The notes beneath the pieces are model-generated. The model had not been told where the DNA came from, made no database searches, and worked only from the letters and a program-made list of their open reading frames with translations. The position numbers and the translations under genes were made by a program. 32,000 nucleotides of DNA from Candidatus Saccharimonadota bacterium (GTDB lineage Archaea; Nanobdellota; Nanobdellia; Pacearchaeales; GW2011-AR1): the NCBI GenBank assembly GCA_017609205.1, contig JAFCEL010000001.1, forward strand, positions 300,001 through 332,000. Reading direction: 5' to 3'. Below, piece after piece: positions 23,602 to 32,000 of the stretch (positions within the stretch are counted from its first letter, which is position 1; each line of letters starts with the position of its first letter).

Positions 23602-24681
23602 ATGGCAATGAGTGTTGAAGACAGGATCGCATTGGTTAAAGAAGTTGGAGAAGAAATAATTGAAGAATCTGAATTAAGAGACCTTTTAATTAAGAAAAAA
23701 AAGATTATTGCTTATGATGGGTTTGAGCCTTCTGGGAAGATTCATATTGCTCAGGGTTTGCTTCGAGCAATTAATATCAATAAAATAACAAAAGCAGGAA
23801 TAAAATTTAAGATGCTTGTTGCAGACTGGCATGCTTGGGCTAATAATAAGATGGGAGGAGATTTGGAAAAAATTCAGACTGTTGGTAAATATTTTATTGA
23901 AGTATGGAGAGCATCGGGGATGGATCTCGATAAAGTTGAGTTTATTTGGGCTTCTGATTTATTGAATAATCGTGAGTATTGGAAAACAGTAATGCAAATT
24001 GCGAGAAATACAACATTAAATAGAATATTAAGGACAACTCAGATTATGGGAAGAACTGAGAAAGACATTTTACAAGCATCACATATTCTTTATCCATGCA
24101 TGCAAGCTGCTGATATCTTTCATTTAAATGCAGATATTTGTCAGTTAGGAATGGATCAAAGAAAAGTCAATGTTCTTGCCAGGGAGATTGGAGAAAAGAT
24201 TGGATATTATAAACCAATCATTGTGAGTCACCATATGTTAATGGGCCTTACACCTCCTAAAACAGATGCAGAGGGTGTGGAAAAATCTATTGAACAAAAA
24301 ATGTCTAAATCAAACCCTAATTCTTCGATATTTATGACTGACAGTCCTGAAGAAATAAATGCAAAATTTAAAAAAGCTTATTGTCCAGAGGGGGAAATTA
24401 GGGATAATCCTGTTCTTGAATATTGTAAGTATATTATTTTTGAAAAGATAAAAGAATTTGTCATTGAAAGACCTAAAAAATTTGGAGGGACAATTTCTTT
24501 TAAGAATTACGAAGATTTAGAAAAAGCTTTTGAGAAAAAAGAGATTCATCCTGTAGATTTAAAACAAGCTACTGCAAAATATATAGACCAATTATTAGAG
24601 CCAGTTAGAGAGCATTTTAAGAAAAATGCAAAAGCAAAAAGGTTATTAGAACAAGTGAATAGTTTTAAGGTGACGAGATAA
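23602..24681 (+). CDS. tyrS: Tyrosyl-tRNA synthetase (archaeal type)
   Basis: YDGFEPSGKIHIAQG (HIGH-equivalent), KMSKS, and end-to-end resemblance to M. jannaschii TyrRS (RPKKFGG...YEDLEKAFEKKEIHPVDLK). The longest ORF starts at 23587; 23602 or 23608 is more likely. Confidence 0.9.
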   Translation: MAMSVEDRIALVKEVGEEIIEESELRDLLIKKKKIIAYDGFEPSGKIHIAQGLLRAININKITKAGIKFKMLVADWHAWANNKMGGDLEKIQTVGKYFIEVWRASGMDLDKVEFIWASDLLNNREYWKTVMQIARNTTLNRILRTTQIMGRTEKDILQASHILYPCMQAADIFHLNADICQLGMDQRKVNVLAREIGEKIGYYKPIIVSHHMLMGLTPPKTDAEGVEKSIEQKMSKSNPNSSIFMTDSPEEINAKFKKAYCPEGEIRDNPVLEYCKYIIFEKIKEFVIERPKKFGGTISFKNYEDLEKAFEKKEIHPVDLKQATAKYIDQLLEPVREHFKKNAKAKRLLEQVNSFKVTR

Positions 24682-24682
24682 A

Positions 24683-25570
24683 TTATTTTATTTTAAACTC
24701 AACAACATCTAAATCTTTTAATTTATGTTGGAGTCCTACTTTTTGCCCTGGAAATTTTGATGAAGGTCCCCATATTTTTGTTTCTTTAACCTTTTTTGAG
24801 AATCCTTTTAAAATTTTTTCAGCGACATCTTTTACTGTTGAATCTGGTTTTAAAATTATTGGTTCTGGAGATTTCTCTTTTCCTGGTTCTTTGGTATAAA
24901 CACGGATTTTATCGAATGAATTAAAAATTTTCTTTTTAAGTTCTTCAAGGTTTTTGGAGAAGATTATAAAATCATATCTTTTAGATGAGAGTGTTGCAGC
25001 CAGCTTTCTTTCTTCGAGGTTTCTTTTGTTGTTAAATATAAGGATTCTTTTGCCTTGTGCTTTTTTTAAATTCTCTTCTATTTTTTTTATCTGCTCTAAA
25101 TCGTCGATAAGAATTAGAATTGTATCTGCTGTATTTGTTAGACCTTTGTCATAATAGTTTGATTCAATTGCAGGATTTTCAATTATTTGTATTTGAACCC
25201 CTTCATAATTTAACATACCAATTGTTGGGTCTTTTGTTGTGAATTTTGTTTCTGAAATCTGTGGTCGAGCATTTGTTAATTGTGAGAGTAGGGTCGACTT
25301 CCCTGAATTTGTCTTTCCAATCATAACTGCCTGCATGTCATGTTTTTTAATCCCAGTAGAAGTTCTTTTGCCTGATTTGTCTTCTTTTTCTTTCGTATAC
25401 TTTAATTTTGCAAGTCTGCGTTTTAATTGAGCTCTTAGGTTTTCTGCTCCCTTATGTTTTGGTGCGAGAGCAATCATTTTTTTCAAACACTTAATTTTTT
25501 GTTCTGTTGTTTGGGCATTGAGGTACTCTACTTCTGCTCTTTCATAATGGGGCGATGCATTTACTGGCAT
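24683..25570 (-). CDS. DRG/Rbg-family GTP-binding protein with C-terminal TGS domain (G3/G4 motifs degenerate)
   Basis: N-terminal PVNASPHYERAEVEY...PKHKGAENLRAQLKRRLAKLK, G1 GKTNSGKST. TGS domain VYTKEPGK...IWGPSSKFPGQKVGLQHKLKDLDVVEF. Confidence 0.75.
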   Translation of the reverse strand: MPVNASPHYERAEVEYLNAQTTEQKIKCLKKMIALAPKHKGAENLRAQLKRRLAKLKYTKEKEDKSGKRTSTGIKKHDMQAVMIGKTNSGKSTLLSQLTNARPQISETKFTTKDPTIGMLNYEGVQIQIIENPAIESNYYDKGLTNTADTILILIDDLEQIKKIEENLKKAQGKRILIFNNKRNLEERKLAATLSSKRYDFIIFSKNLEELKKKIFNSFDKIRVYTKEPGKEKSPEPIILKPDSTVKDVAEKILKGFSKKVKETKIWGPSSKFPGQKVGLQHKLKDLDVVEFKIK

Positions 25571-25602
25571 AGATTTTTAATGTTTTTTCTTTTAATAAAA
25601 TT

Positions 25603-26370
25603 ATGGAGGATAAAATTTACGAGAAAGTGATTAAGAAGAAAGAATTTTCACAGCTTCCTAAAACAGATGTTGAGCTTGCTTTTGAAAAATTTAATAAAAA
25701 TCTCTATCTCGATGAGGAAAAGATTAAGTTGACGAGGGATTTGTTAAGGAAAGTTTTTAGTGTATTTACTAGTAGCAAGCTTTTAAATTTACGGGATAAA
25801 CAACCTGAATGGGTTTTGAGAAAACATCTTTCTACTCGAGAACGTTTGCCTTATTATACAGAACTTTATAATAAACTATTTGGGGGTCTTAAGAAAAAAG
25901 TAAATGTCTTTGATTTTGGGGCTGGTGTTAATGGTTTTAGTTTTAGTTTTTTTCCGAGCAAGTTTGAGATACATTATTTTGGTTTTGAATCTGTTGGTCA
26001 ATTAGTTAGTTTAACTAATAATTTTTTTAAAAAGAATCACATTAAGGGATTTGTTTTTCATCAAAGTTTATTTGAATTAGAAAAGATTAAAGAGAAGATA
26101 ATGAGTGTTGAGGGTAGTAAGATTGTTTTCTTATTCAAGATTTTGGATTCTCTTGAAATGTTAGAAAGAAATTATTCTAAATATTTGTTAAAAGAAATTG
26201 TTCCTCTTGTTGACAGGGTTGTTGTTAGTTTTGCGACAAAAAGTTTAATTGCTCGAAGAAAATTCAAGGCAAATAGGGGTTGGATTTTAGGTTTTATTAA
26301 GGATAATTTTAAGATTGTTGATGATTTTAAACTTGGGGACGAGAGATATCTTGTTATTGAAAAACAATAA
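25603..26370 (+). CDS. FmrO/ArmA/Rmt-like 16S rRNA methyltransferase homolog
   Basis: HLSTRERLPYYTELYNKLF...VFDFGAGVNGFSF...VFLFKILDSLE...VVVSFATKSL...GDERYLVI is colinear with ArmA (HSSTNERVATLNDFYTYVF...ILDFGCGFNPLAL...VFLLKMLPVL...FVISFPIKSL...GNELVYI, recalled from memory). Confidence 0.6.
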   Translation: MEDKIYEKVIKKKEFSQLPKTDVELAFEKFNKNLYLDEEKIKLTRDLLRKVFSVFTSSKLLNLRDKQPEWVLRKHLSTRERLPYYTELYNKLFGGLKKKVNVFDFGAGVNGFSFSFFPSKFEIHYFGFESVGQLVSLTNNFFKKNHIKGFVFHQSLFELEKIKEKIMSVEGSKIVFLFKILDSLEMLERNYSKYLLKEIVPLVDRVVVSFATKSLIARRKFKANRGWILGFIKDNFKIVDDFKLGDERYLVIEKQ

Positions 26371-26421
26371 GGTTTATAAAAATCTTTTTATTCTATGTTT
26401 TAATTAAAAGGAGTTTTAAGA

Positions 26422-26607
26422 ATGGAAATTCAAAAACAATCATCAAACCAAGGCCCTACACCGTCAAAAACCACGCTTCAACCAGCAAATGTTGTGGCTA
26501 ACAATCCTGTGGTGGATGCGGGTGAAAAAAGATTTTATCAAAGGTGGTGGTTTTGGGTTCTTATTGGGGTAATCTTTGTCGGAGGAATTTTTTTATTCCT
26601 TTTTTAA
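26422..26607 (+). CDS. Small tail-anchored membrane protein
   Basis: AAAGGAG Shine-Dalgarno upstream. C-terminal TM WWFWVLIGVIFVGGIFLFLF. Confidence 0.5.
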   Translation: MEIQKQSSNQGPTPSKTTLQPANVVANNPVVDAGEKRFYQRWWFWVLIGVIFVGGIFLFLF

Positions 26608-26643
26608 CCATTATCTTTATATATTCTGTGAATTTTTCACTTT

Positions 26644-27852
26644 ATGAAATTTGATTTTAAGAAAAAAGTTCTGAAAAATGGATTAACGATTCTTTTTGAA
26701 AAAAGAGACATCCCTGTTATTAGTGTGGCTTTTGCTGTTAGAAATGGAGGAATTCATGAGAACATTTCTGAAAAGGGAATTTCCCATTTCATTGAGCATA
26801 TGTTATATAAGGGAACTTCAAAAAGAAATTCAAAACAAATTGCAGAGGCTATTGAGAAAAAAGGTGGGGAGTTGAATGGTTTTACTGATGAGATTGTTAC
26901 AGCTTATTGGTGTAAAATGCCTAGTGATTATCTTAATCTTGCTCTTGATGTTTTGAGTGATATGGTTAAGAATCCTAAGTTCGATGAGACAGAACTGGAA
27001 AAAGAGAGACATGTTATCTTTGAAGAAATAAAAATGAATAAGGACATTCCTATGAGACATGTTTTTAATGAGATTCAGAAGTATCTTTATGAAGGAACCC
27101 TTGGGATGCCTTTAATTGGAACATATGAGACTGTAAAATCTGTTAATAGGAATAGGCTTGTTGATAAGTTTAGGAAGGTTTATACGCCTAATAATCTTAT
27201 TTTATGTGTTGTTGGGGATGCAGATTTCAATAAAATAGTAAAATTTGCAGAAGAAACTTTTGGGAATGAGAAAGAGGAAATACCTATTCAGAAAATTGAA
27301 TTAAAGAATGGTGAGGGTATTGAGACTAGAAGAGGGATTGATCAGGCTAATTTAGTTTTTGCTTATCATGTTCCTCTTTCTGAGGATAAGAAACATTATG
27401 CAGCCAAGGTTTTAAATGCTCTTCTTGCAGATGGTATGTCTTCGAGATTGTTTTCTGAAATAAGGGAAAAAAGAAATTTGGCTTATGCTATTAGAGGTGG
27501 GTGCGAAATAACAAAATTTTATGCTTATAATCTTGTTTATGTAGGGACTATGAAAGAAAATGTAGAGAAAGTTAAACAGATAATTCTTAAAGAAATTAAA
27601 GATGTTGCTGAGAATCTTGGGGAAAAGGAATTAGAGGAGACAAAAAATCAAATTATTGGACAATACCATATAAGCATGGAAGATTCTCAAAGCCAGATGG
27701 TTAATCTTATTTATTCTGAAGTTAATGAGCGCGCAGAAGATTTTTATGAATTTGAAGATAATATTATTCAGGTTAAACTAGAAGATGTTAAGGAGTTAGC
27801 AAAGAAAGCAATAGAAAATTATAGTTTTTTTGCTTTAATTCCTGAGGATTAG
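26644..27852 (+). CDS. M16-family (pitrilysin/insulinase-like) zinc peptidase
   Basis: Inverted zinc motif HFIEH followed by LYKGT, downstream ERHVIFEEI; length is typical. Confidence 0.85.
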   Translation: MKFDFKKKVLKNGLTILFEKRDIPVISVAFAVRNGGIHENISEKGISHFIEHMLYKGTSKRNSKQIAEAIEKKGGELNGFTDEIVTAYWCKMPSDYLNLALDVLSDMVKNPKFDETELEKERHVIFEEIKMNKDIPMRHVFNEIQKYLYEGTLGMPLIGTYETVKSVNRNRLVDKFRKVYTPNNLILCVVGDADFNKIVKFAEETFGNEKEEIPIQKIELKNGEGIETRRGIDQANLVFAYHVPLSEDKKHYAAKVLNALLADGMSSRLFSEIREKRNLAYAIRGGCEITKFYAYNLVYVGTMKENVEKVKQIILKEIKDVAENLGEKELEETKNQIIGQYHISMEDSQSQMVNLIYSEVNERAEDFYEFEDNIIQVKLEDVKELAKKAIENYSFFALIPED

Positions 27853-27905
27853 TTTTTAAGAGGGGTTTGTGAGTAATTATTTAAATAAGATATTTCTTAT
27901 TGGTA

Positions 27906-30900
27906 ATGAACAAAAAGGGTCTGATTGTTTTTGGATTATTGTTTTTAGTTGGTTTGTTTGTCTTTATCAAATTTTGCTTAGCGGATTCTCAATTAATTGC
28001 AGAGGACAATTTTGAAGATGGGGATTTTAATAGGGTTGATTCATCACTAACAAACGGGTTATCATGGATAGACTATGGAAAAGTAAATATTGGAACAAGG
28101 AGTAACTGGCTGAGTAAATACCTCAGATTTGGTCCAGGGGCCAGTGCTTTATCTAATCAGGTGGTTAACTTAAATGAATATACCTTAACCCTGGACTCTA
28201 TTAACTCATACAGGACACCCACTGAAATTAGGTTCTATTATCTTGATGAAAACAACTATTATTATCTAAAGCTTCCTGATGGGGAAGTTTTCCGTAGATT
28301 AGACGGAAACGAAGAAAAGATTAGTGATCTCTTCTCTGAGAGATACCTTCAAATACCTTACTTGAATCCTTCAATAAACCACTATAAAATTTATTTTAAA
28401 AATAATGGGAGTGCAATCTCAATAAAAATTGATAAAGACGGTTATAACAATGGATTAGATTATGAGTTTAACTATAATGATGATACTCCTCTTGCAATAA
28501 GCCGTTTTGCAGATGGGTTTAAAATTAACCTAATAGAGAAAGGTTCAGGAACATACAGTTCTTTTATAGGATATGATAATATCAAGATTTATGAGGGTCT
28601 TTTATTAGACAATCCTCCACATTTACCAACAACATTGTACGTTGATCAAAATCTTGGAGATGATTCTAATTTAGGAACAATTGGCAAGCCGTTTGCTACT
28701 GTCGGAAAAGCGCTTAATTCTTCGCTCCCAGGAGACACAATTTTGGTGAGGAATGGAAATTATGATGAAGATATTCTTCTTAATGATGATAGCGGTTATC
28801 ATTTTAATCTAAAGGTTTATGCTACTAAAGAAAACCGCCTAACAATTAAGGCAGAAAATAAGTGGGGAGCAAAAATCAATACAGCTGATTTTAGTTATGA
28901 TAATTATATCACTCTTGATGGGTTTGAAGTAATAGGGGATAGTATTAGAGTGGGAGGGGGTAAAGGAATCTGGATACTTAATAATTATGTCCATGATTTA
29001 TCTGGAAAAATAGGAATCATAGCATATGGAGAAAACGGAATTATAAGAGGAAACTATATCCTAAGAACAAATAAAGGAATGGTGGTTAGTGGCAAAAAAA
29101 TGCTTGTTGAAAATAATGAAATTGAAAGGCTTATATATCCTGAAAGCGGAGGCCAAGACGCGGATTATTTTAGGCTTATTGGAGAAGGACATATCATAAG
29201 AAATAATTATATGCATGGAACAAAGCAAGATGAAATTGGTCCCTCTCACACAGATGGTTTCCAGACGTTTGATAATAATGGCGAATTTTTAAAAAACACT
29301 CTTGTTGAGGGCAATTTTATAGAGGATTTTTATGCTCAGGGATTTATGGGTGAAGGAATGTTTTATTATAATTCTTCTAACATCACTTTCCGCAATAATA
29401 TCTTTAAGGATGTTACTGCTTGGGGTATTTGTACTCACTCATTAAGAGATGTGAAAGTATATAACAACATTTTTATTGGGAGTAATGAAAGCGTTCATGG
29501 GATAGGTTTTAGAGGATCTAAATATGGAGATCCTTCCAAACCCTCTACAGGAGAAGCATATAACAACATTTTTTATGATATAAAAAATCCGTATTGGGCA
29601 GGTTCTGACTCAGCTATCCAAGGAAGCAACAATTTACTTTTCTCAACTATTTACTGGTATGATCCATCAAAACATTTAAATGATATTGTCAATAAAGACC
29701 CTCTTTTTGTGAATATCTTTAATAATGATTTTCATTTAAAGGAAAACAGTCCTGCAATAGATTCAGGAATTGTTCTTTCCCCTTCTTTTGATGACAAAGA
29801 CGGCAATCCCAGACCCCAAGGCTCTGGCTGGGACATAGGCGCCTACGAGTATGTGCCTGCTGCCGAGTGCCGGCCGGCCGACCCCTTCATAAGGCTGAAC
29901 TCCACCCACATCCGTGCATGCTCCTGCAATCAAACAGATGTGCAGGCAGCCATAGACTCTGCAGCCAACGGGGATGTTATTGAACTGCCAGCGGGGAATT
30001 GTATATGGACAAACGGAATTTACATTACCAAAGATATAAGGATTTTGGGAAGCGGAATCAACTCAACCATACTGACAATGGGTTTTGCGGATAATTCTGT
30101 TGAAGAAGCGTTCTTTAAATTCGTTCCAGATGCCATCTCAAGGATTAGCCTTGACTCGCTGAATGATACACATACATTTGAAGTATCAGGGATATCATTT
30201 GTTTCCCATGAGAGGTTATCAAACAAGTTCGGGATATGGATACAGAATTACAATCTCCCTGTGATAAAGAGGGTTAGTATTCACAGCAATGAGTTTATCA
30301 ATATTCATAGAGCAACCCAAGTAAAGGGATATGTTCATGGGGTTTTTCATCATAATGTCTTAGTAAACACAAACGGGGCATATCCGCAGGGTGCGGGGTA
30401 TAGGTCATTTGAGAATGATCGCATGGAACTTGGCTCTGGTTCGGGGTGGTATATTGAAGACAACGTATTCTCTTTTGATGGTGTTGATGGTCTTGTGTGC
30501 GGAGCTGGAAATGATGGTGGCGGCTATGTAGTTAGATATAATGATGTTAAAGGAACCCTTCTTGGCGGTTCTACTTATGTTGAAACACACGGTAACCAGT
30601 TAAGCTACATATATGGGCCACAGATCACAGAAGTATATGGCAACGATATGCGTGCTACAGGGGTAGGAAAGGTGACTAATGTAAGGGGAGGAAAAAATCT
30701 CTACTTTTTCAATGCATTTGCTGATAGTGATATGGAAATATGGGAAGAGTATAGCGACCTTGCAACATCTCCTACGAATCCAGTAGGAAGATGCCCTGAG
30801 AATCAGGGCATTGAGAGGCAGACCTGCACTGAGGATTGTATATGCCAAAAAGTTCATGACTCATATTTCATAAACAACCGCTTCAATAGCAATATAATCA

Positions 30901-31394
30901 ATGCAGTTGTTACAATGGACTTTGAGAACAGAAATGAGAATATACTAAATGAGCCACCTGAAGTAACAGAAAATATAGAATTTTTCAATTATATCGAGAG
31001 CGGTTTTGATGGATCAGAAGGTGTGGGTTGCGGAACACTTGCTGAAATGAATGAGATAACAAATTGTTCAAATGGTGTTGGTTTCTGGGTAACAAACCAA
31101 GATTGTGAAAGGGTTAGTCCAGATAATATGGGAGTAGAACCTGGTAATCCTATTAATGGCGCTTTGTATAAGTGCAAAAACAATGAATGGAAACTCTTCT
31201 ATAAACCATATATATACCCGCACCCATTAACAGTCGCACCTTTTGGCACAGAAATCTGCGGAGAAGGACAAATAACTTCGCCCTGCTGGTGTGAAGGATC
31301 TATGAGAACATCGGGTGAGTGTAATCATGGATATTATTCTGCTGGAGCGCAATGCGTCCATAAAGCAGACAGCAACTGCGACGGAACTTCATAA
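27906..31394 (+). CDS. Large secreted surface protein: signal anchor, jelly-roll-like N-domain, and two right-handed beta-helix (pectin-lyase-fold) modules with a Cys-rich C-terminus
   Basis: MNKKGLIVFGLLFLVGLFVFI signal. TLYVDQNLGDDSNLGTIGKPFATVGKALNSSLPGDTILVRNGNY (DUF1565-like start of a beta-helix). NNxF/NNI repeats, and the terminating DKDGNPRPQGSGWDIGAYEY. The second module starts at AAIDSAANGDVIELPAGN. Confidence 0.8.
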   Translation: MNKKGLIVFGLLFLVGLFVFIKFCLADSQLIAEDNFEDGDFNRVDSSLTNGLSWIDYGKVNIGTRSNWLSKYLRFGPGASALSNQVVNLNEYTLTLDSINSYRTPTEIRFYYLDENNYYYLKLPDGEVFRRLDGNEEKISDLFSERYLQIPYLNPSINHYKIYFKNNGSAISIKIDKDGYNNGLDYEFNYNDDTPLAISRFADGFKINLIEKGSGTYSSFIGYDNIKIYEGLLLDNPPHLPTTLYVDQNLGDDSNLGTIGKPFATVGKALNSSLPGDTILVRNGNYDEDILLNDDSGYHFNLKVYATKENRLTIKAENKWGAKINTADFSYDNYITLDGFEVIGDSIRVGGGKGIWILNNYVHDLSGKIGIIAYGENGIIRGNYILRTNKGMVVSGKKMLVENNEIERLIYPESGGQDADYFRLIGEGHIIRNNYMHGTKQDEIGPSHTDGFQTFDNNGEFLKNTLVEGNFIEDFYAQGFMGEGMFYYNSSNITFRNNIFKDVTAWGICTHSLRDVKVYNNIFIGSNESVHGIGFRGSKYGDPSKPSTGEAYNNIFYDIKNPYWAGSDSAIQGSNNLLFSTIYWYDPSKHLNDIVNKDPLFVNIFNNDFHLKENSPAIDSGIVLSPSFDDKDGNPRPQGSGWDIGAYEYVPAAECRPADPFIRLNSTHIRACSCNQTDVQAAIDSAANGDVIELPAGNCIWTNGIYITKDIRILGSGINSTILTMGFADNSVEEAFFKFVPDAISRISLDSLNDTHTFEVSGISFVSHERLSNKFGIWIQNYNLPVIKRVSIHSNEFINIHRATQVKGYVHGVFHHNVLVNTNGAYPQGAGYRSFENDRMELGSGSGWYIEDNVFSFDGVDGLVCGAGNDGGGYVVRYNDVKGTLLGGSTYVETHGNQLSYIYGPQITEVYGNDMRATGVGKVTNVRGGKNLYFFNAFADSDMEIWEEYSDLATSPTNPVGRCPENQGIERQTCTEDCICQKVHDSYFINNRFNSNIINAVVTMDFENRNENILNEPPEVTENIEFFNYIESGFDGSEGVGCGTLAEMNEITNCSNGVGFWVTNQDCERVSPDNMGVEPGNPINGALYKCKNNEWKLFYKPYIYPHPLTVAPFGTEICGEGQITSPCWCEGSMRTSGECNHGYYSAGAQCVHKADSNCDGTS

Positions 31395-31465
31395 AAAAGT
31401 GGAAGAAGGGTGAGGTAACAATCAGAGATGTGATTGGGGCAATGAAAAGGTGGAGGTCTGGATGA
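31388..31465 (+). other. Out-of-frame (-1) continuation of the surface-protein gene encoding a WKxGxV...W tail
   Basis: Hand translation from ttc at 31388: FIKKWKKGEVTIRDVIGAMKRWRSG*. Follows ADSNCDGT in the main frame. Confidence 0.45.
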
Positions 31466-31513
31466 TATTTTGATTTTTAAAAATTTTTTAAACTCTTTTT
31501 TTTAAGTACTTTT

Positions 31514-32000
31514 ATGTTTATCGTTAAAGTTCCTGGAATCAATGGGTTGGGGAAGACAAAAGGTTGTGAAAAAGCGCCTAATTTGATTATAGAATTTTTA
31601 AAACAGATTTATTCTAATGAGCAGAATAAAACTATTGATCCTCAACTTTTAGAGTTAGAAGAGATTCATCTTGATAATGAAGATATTGAGAAAAGTAACT
31701 ATTTGATTTATAAGAATGCTTTTGAGATATTCGAGGAAAAGCCAAAGACTGTTTTTTTAGGAGGAGACCATTCTGTAAGTTATTCATTAATTCGTGCTTT
31801 TTTTGATTTTTGTGATAGTTCTGGAAAAGAACCTTGTTTGATTGTTTTTGATGCTCATGCAGATTGTATGCCTCCAATGAAAGAGCCTACACATGAAGAA
31901 TGGTTGAGAAAGCTTATTTCAGATGGCTTTCCTACTGAGAATATTTTATTAGTTGGAAATAGGAATCTATGGAAAGAGGAAATTATCTTTTTGAATGAGA
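31514..32000 (+). CDS. Arginase/agmatinase-family ureohydrolase (3' end outside window)
   Basis: Hand translation: MFIVKVPGINGLGKTKGCEKAP...VFLGGDHSVSYSLI...LIVFDAHADCM. GGDHS and DAHAD are the Mn-binding motifs of the family. Confidence 0.8.
   Translation, partial: MFIVKVPGINGLGKTKGCEKAPNLIIEFLKQIYSNEQNKTIDPQLLELEEIHLDNEDIEKSNYLIYKNAFEIFEEKPKTVFLGGDHSVSYSLIRAFFDFCDSSGKEPCLIVFDAHADCMPPMKEPTHEEWLRKLISDGFPTENILLVGNRNLWKEEIIFLNE

Overview
AT-rich, tightly packed archaeal chromosome segment, DPANN-like in style. Archaeal identity rests on rpl21e, rpl18e, rpoF, rpoD, Orc1/Cdc6 and both PolD subunits; many genes overlap by ATGA. Left to right: (1) a MacB-type ABC export operon: ATPase (5' partial), a COG1361-like surface protein, and two tandem FtsX permease paralogs broken at the same position. 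(2) A ribosomal/RNA-polymerase cluster: Zn-ribbon, rpl21e, rpoF, DUF655, rps13, rps4, rps11, rpoD, antisense tRNA-Leu(CAA), rpl18e, a broken and shortened rpl13, rps9. (3) An accessory-looking stretch of about 5.8 kb (8.8-14.6 kb), all but one gene on the minus strand. It holds an overlapping four-gene operon (serine recombinase, HAD hydrolase, YbaK-like deacylase, catalytic-domain-less recombinase paralog). It also holds an 800-nt non-coding region full of shared half-site repeats, two convergent coiled-coil/tandem-repeat/wHTH paralogs, a small wHTH protein, a 140-aa unknown and a PRC-barrel protein. (4) A replication origin (three ORB-like boxes flanking an AT-rich region with a 14-nt x4 tandem repeat), followed by orc1/cdc6, PolD DP1, an HD phosphohydrolase and PolD DP2. 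(5) Housekeeping genes: TctA-like membrane protein, tyrS, a DRG/TGS GTPase with degenerate G3/G4 motifs, an ArmA/FmrO-like rRNA methyltransferase, and an M16 peptidase. (6) A 1,160-aa secreted beta-helix protein whose 3' 1.6 kb is far more GC-rich than the rest of the window and whose C-terminal tail is out of frame, then a 3'-partial arginase/agmatinase gene. No CRISPR array and no rRNA were seen. The best candidates for something new are the recombinase operon with its mosaic repeat sites, and the repeat-bearing wHTH pair next to oriC. All functional calls come from motif recognition by eye, with no database search.
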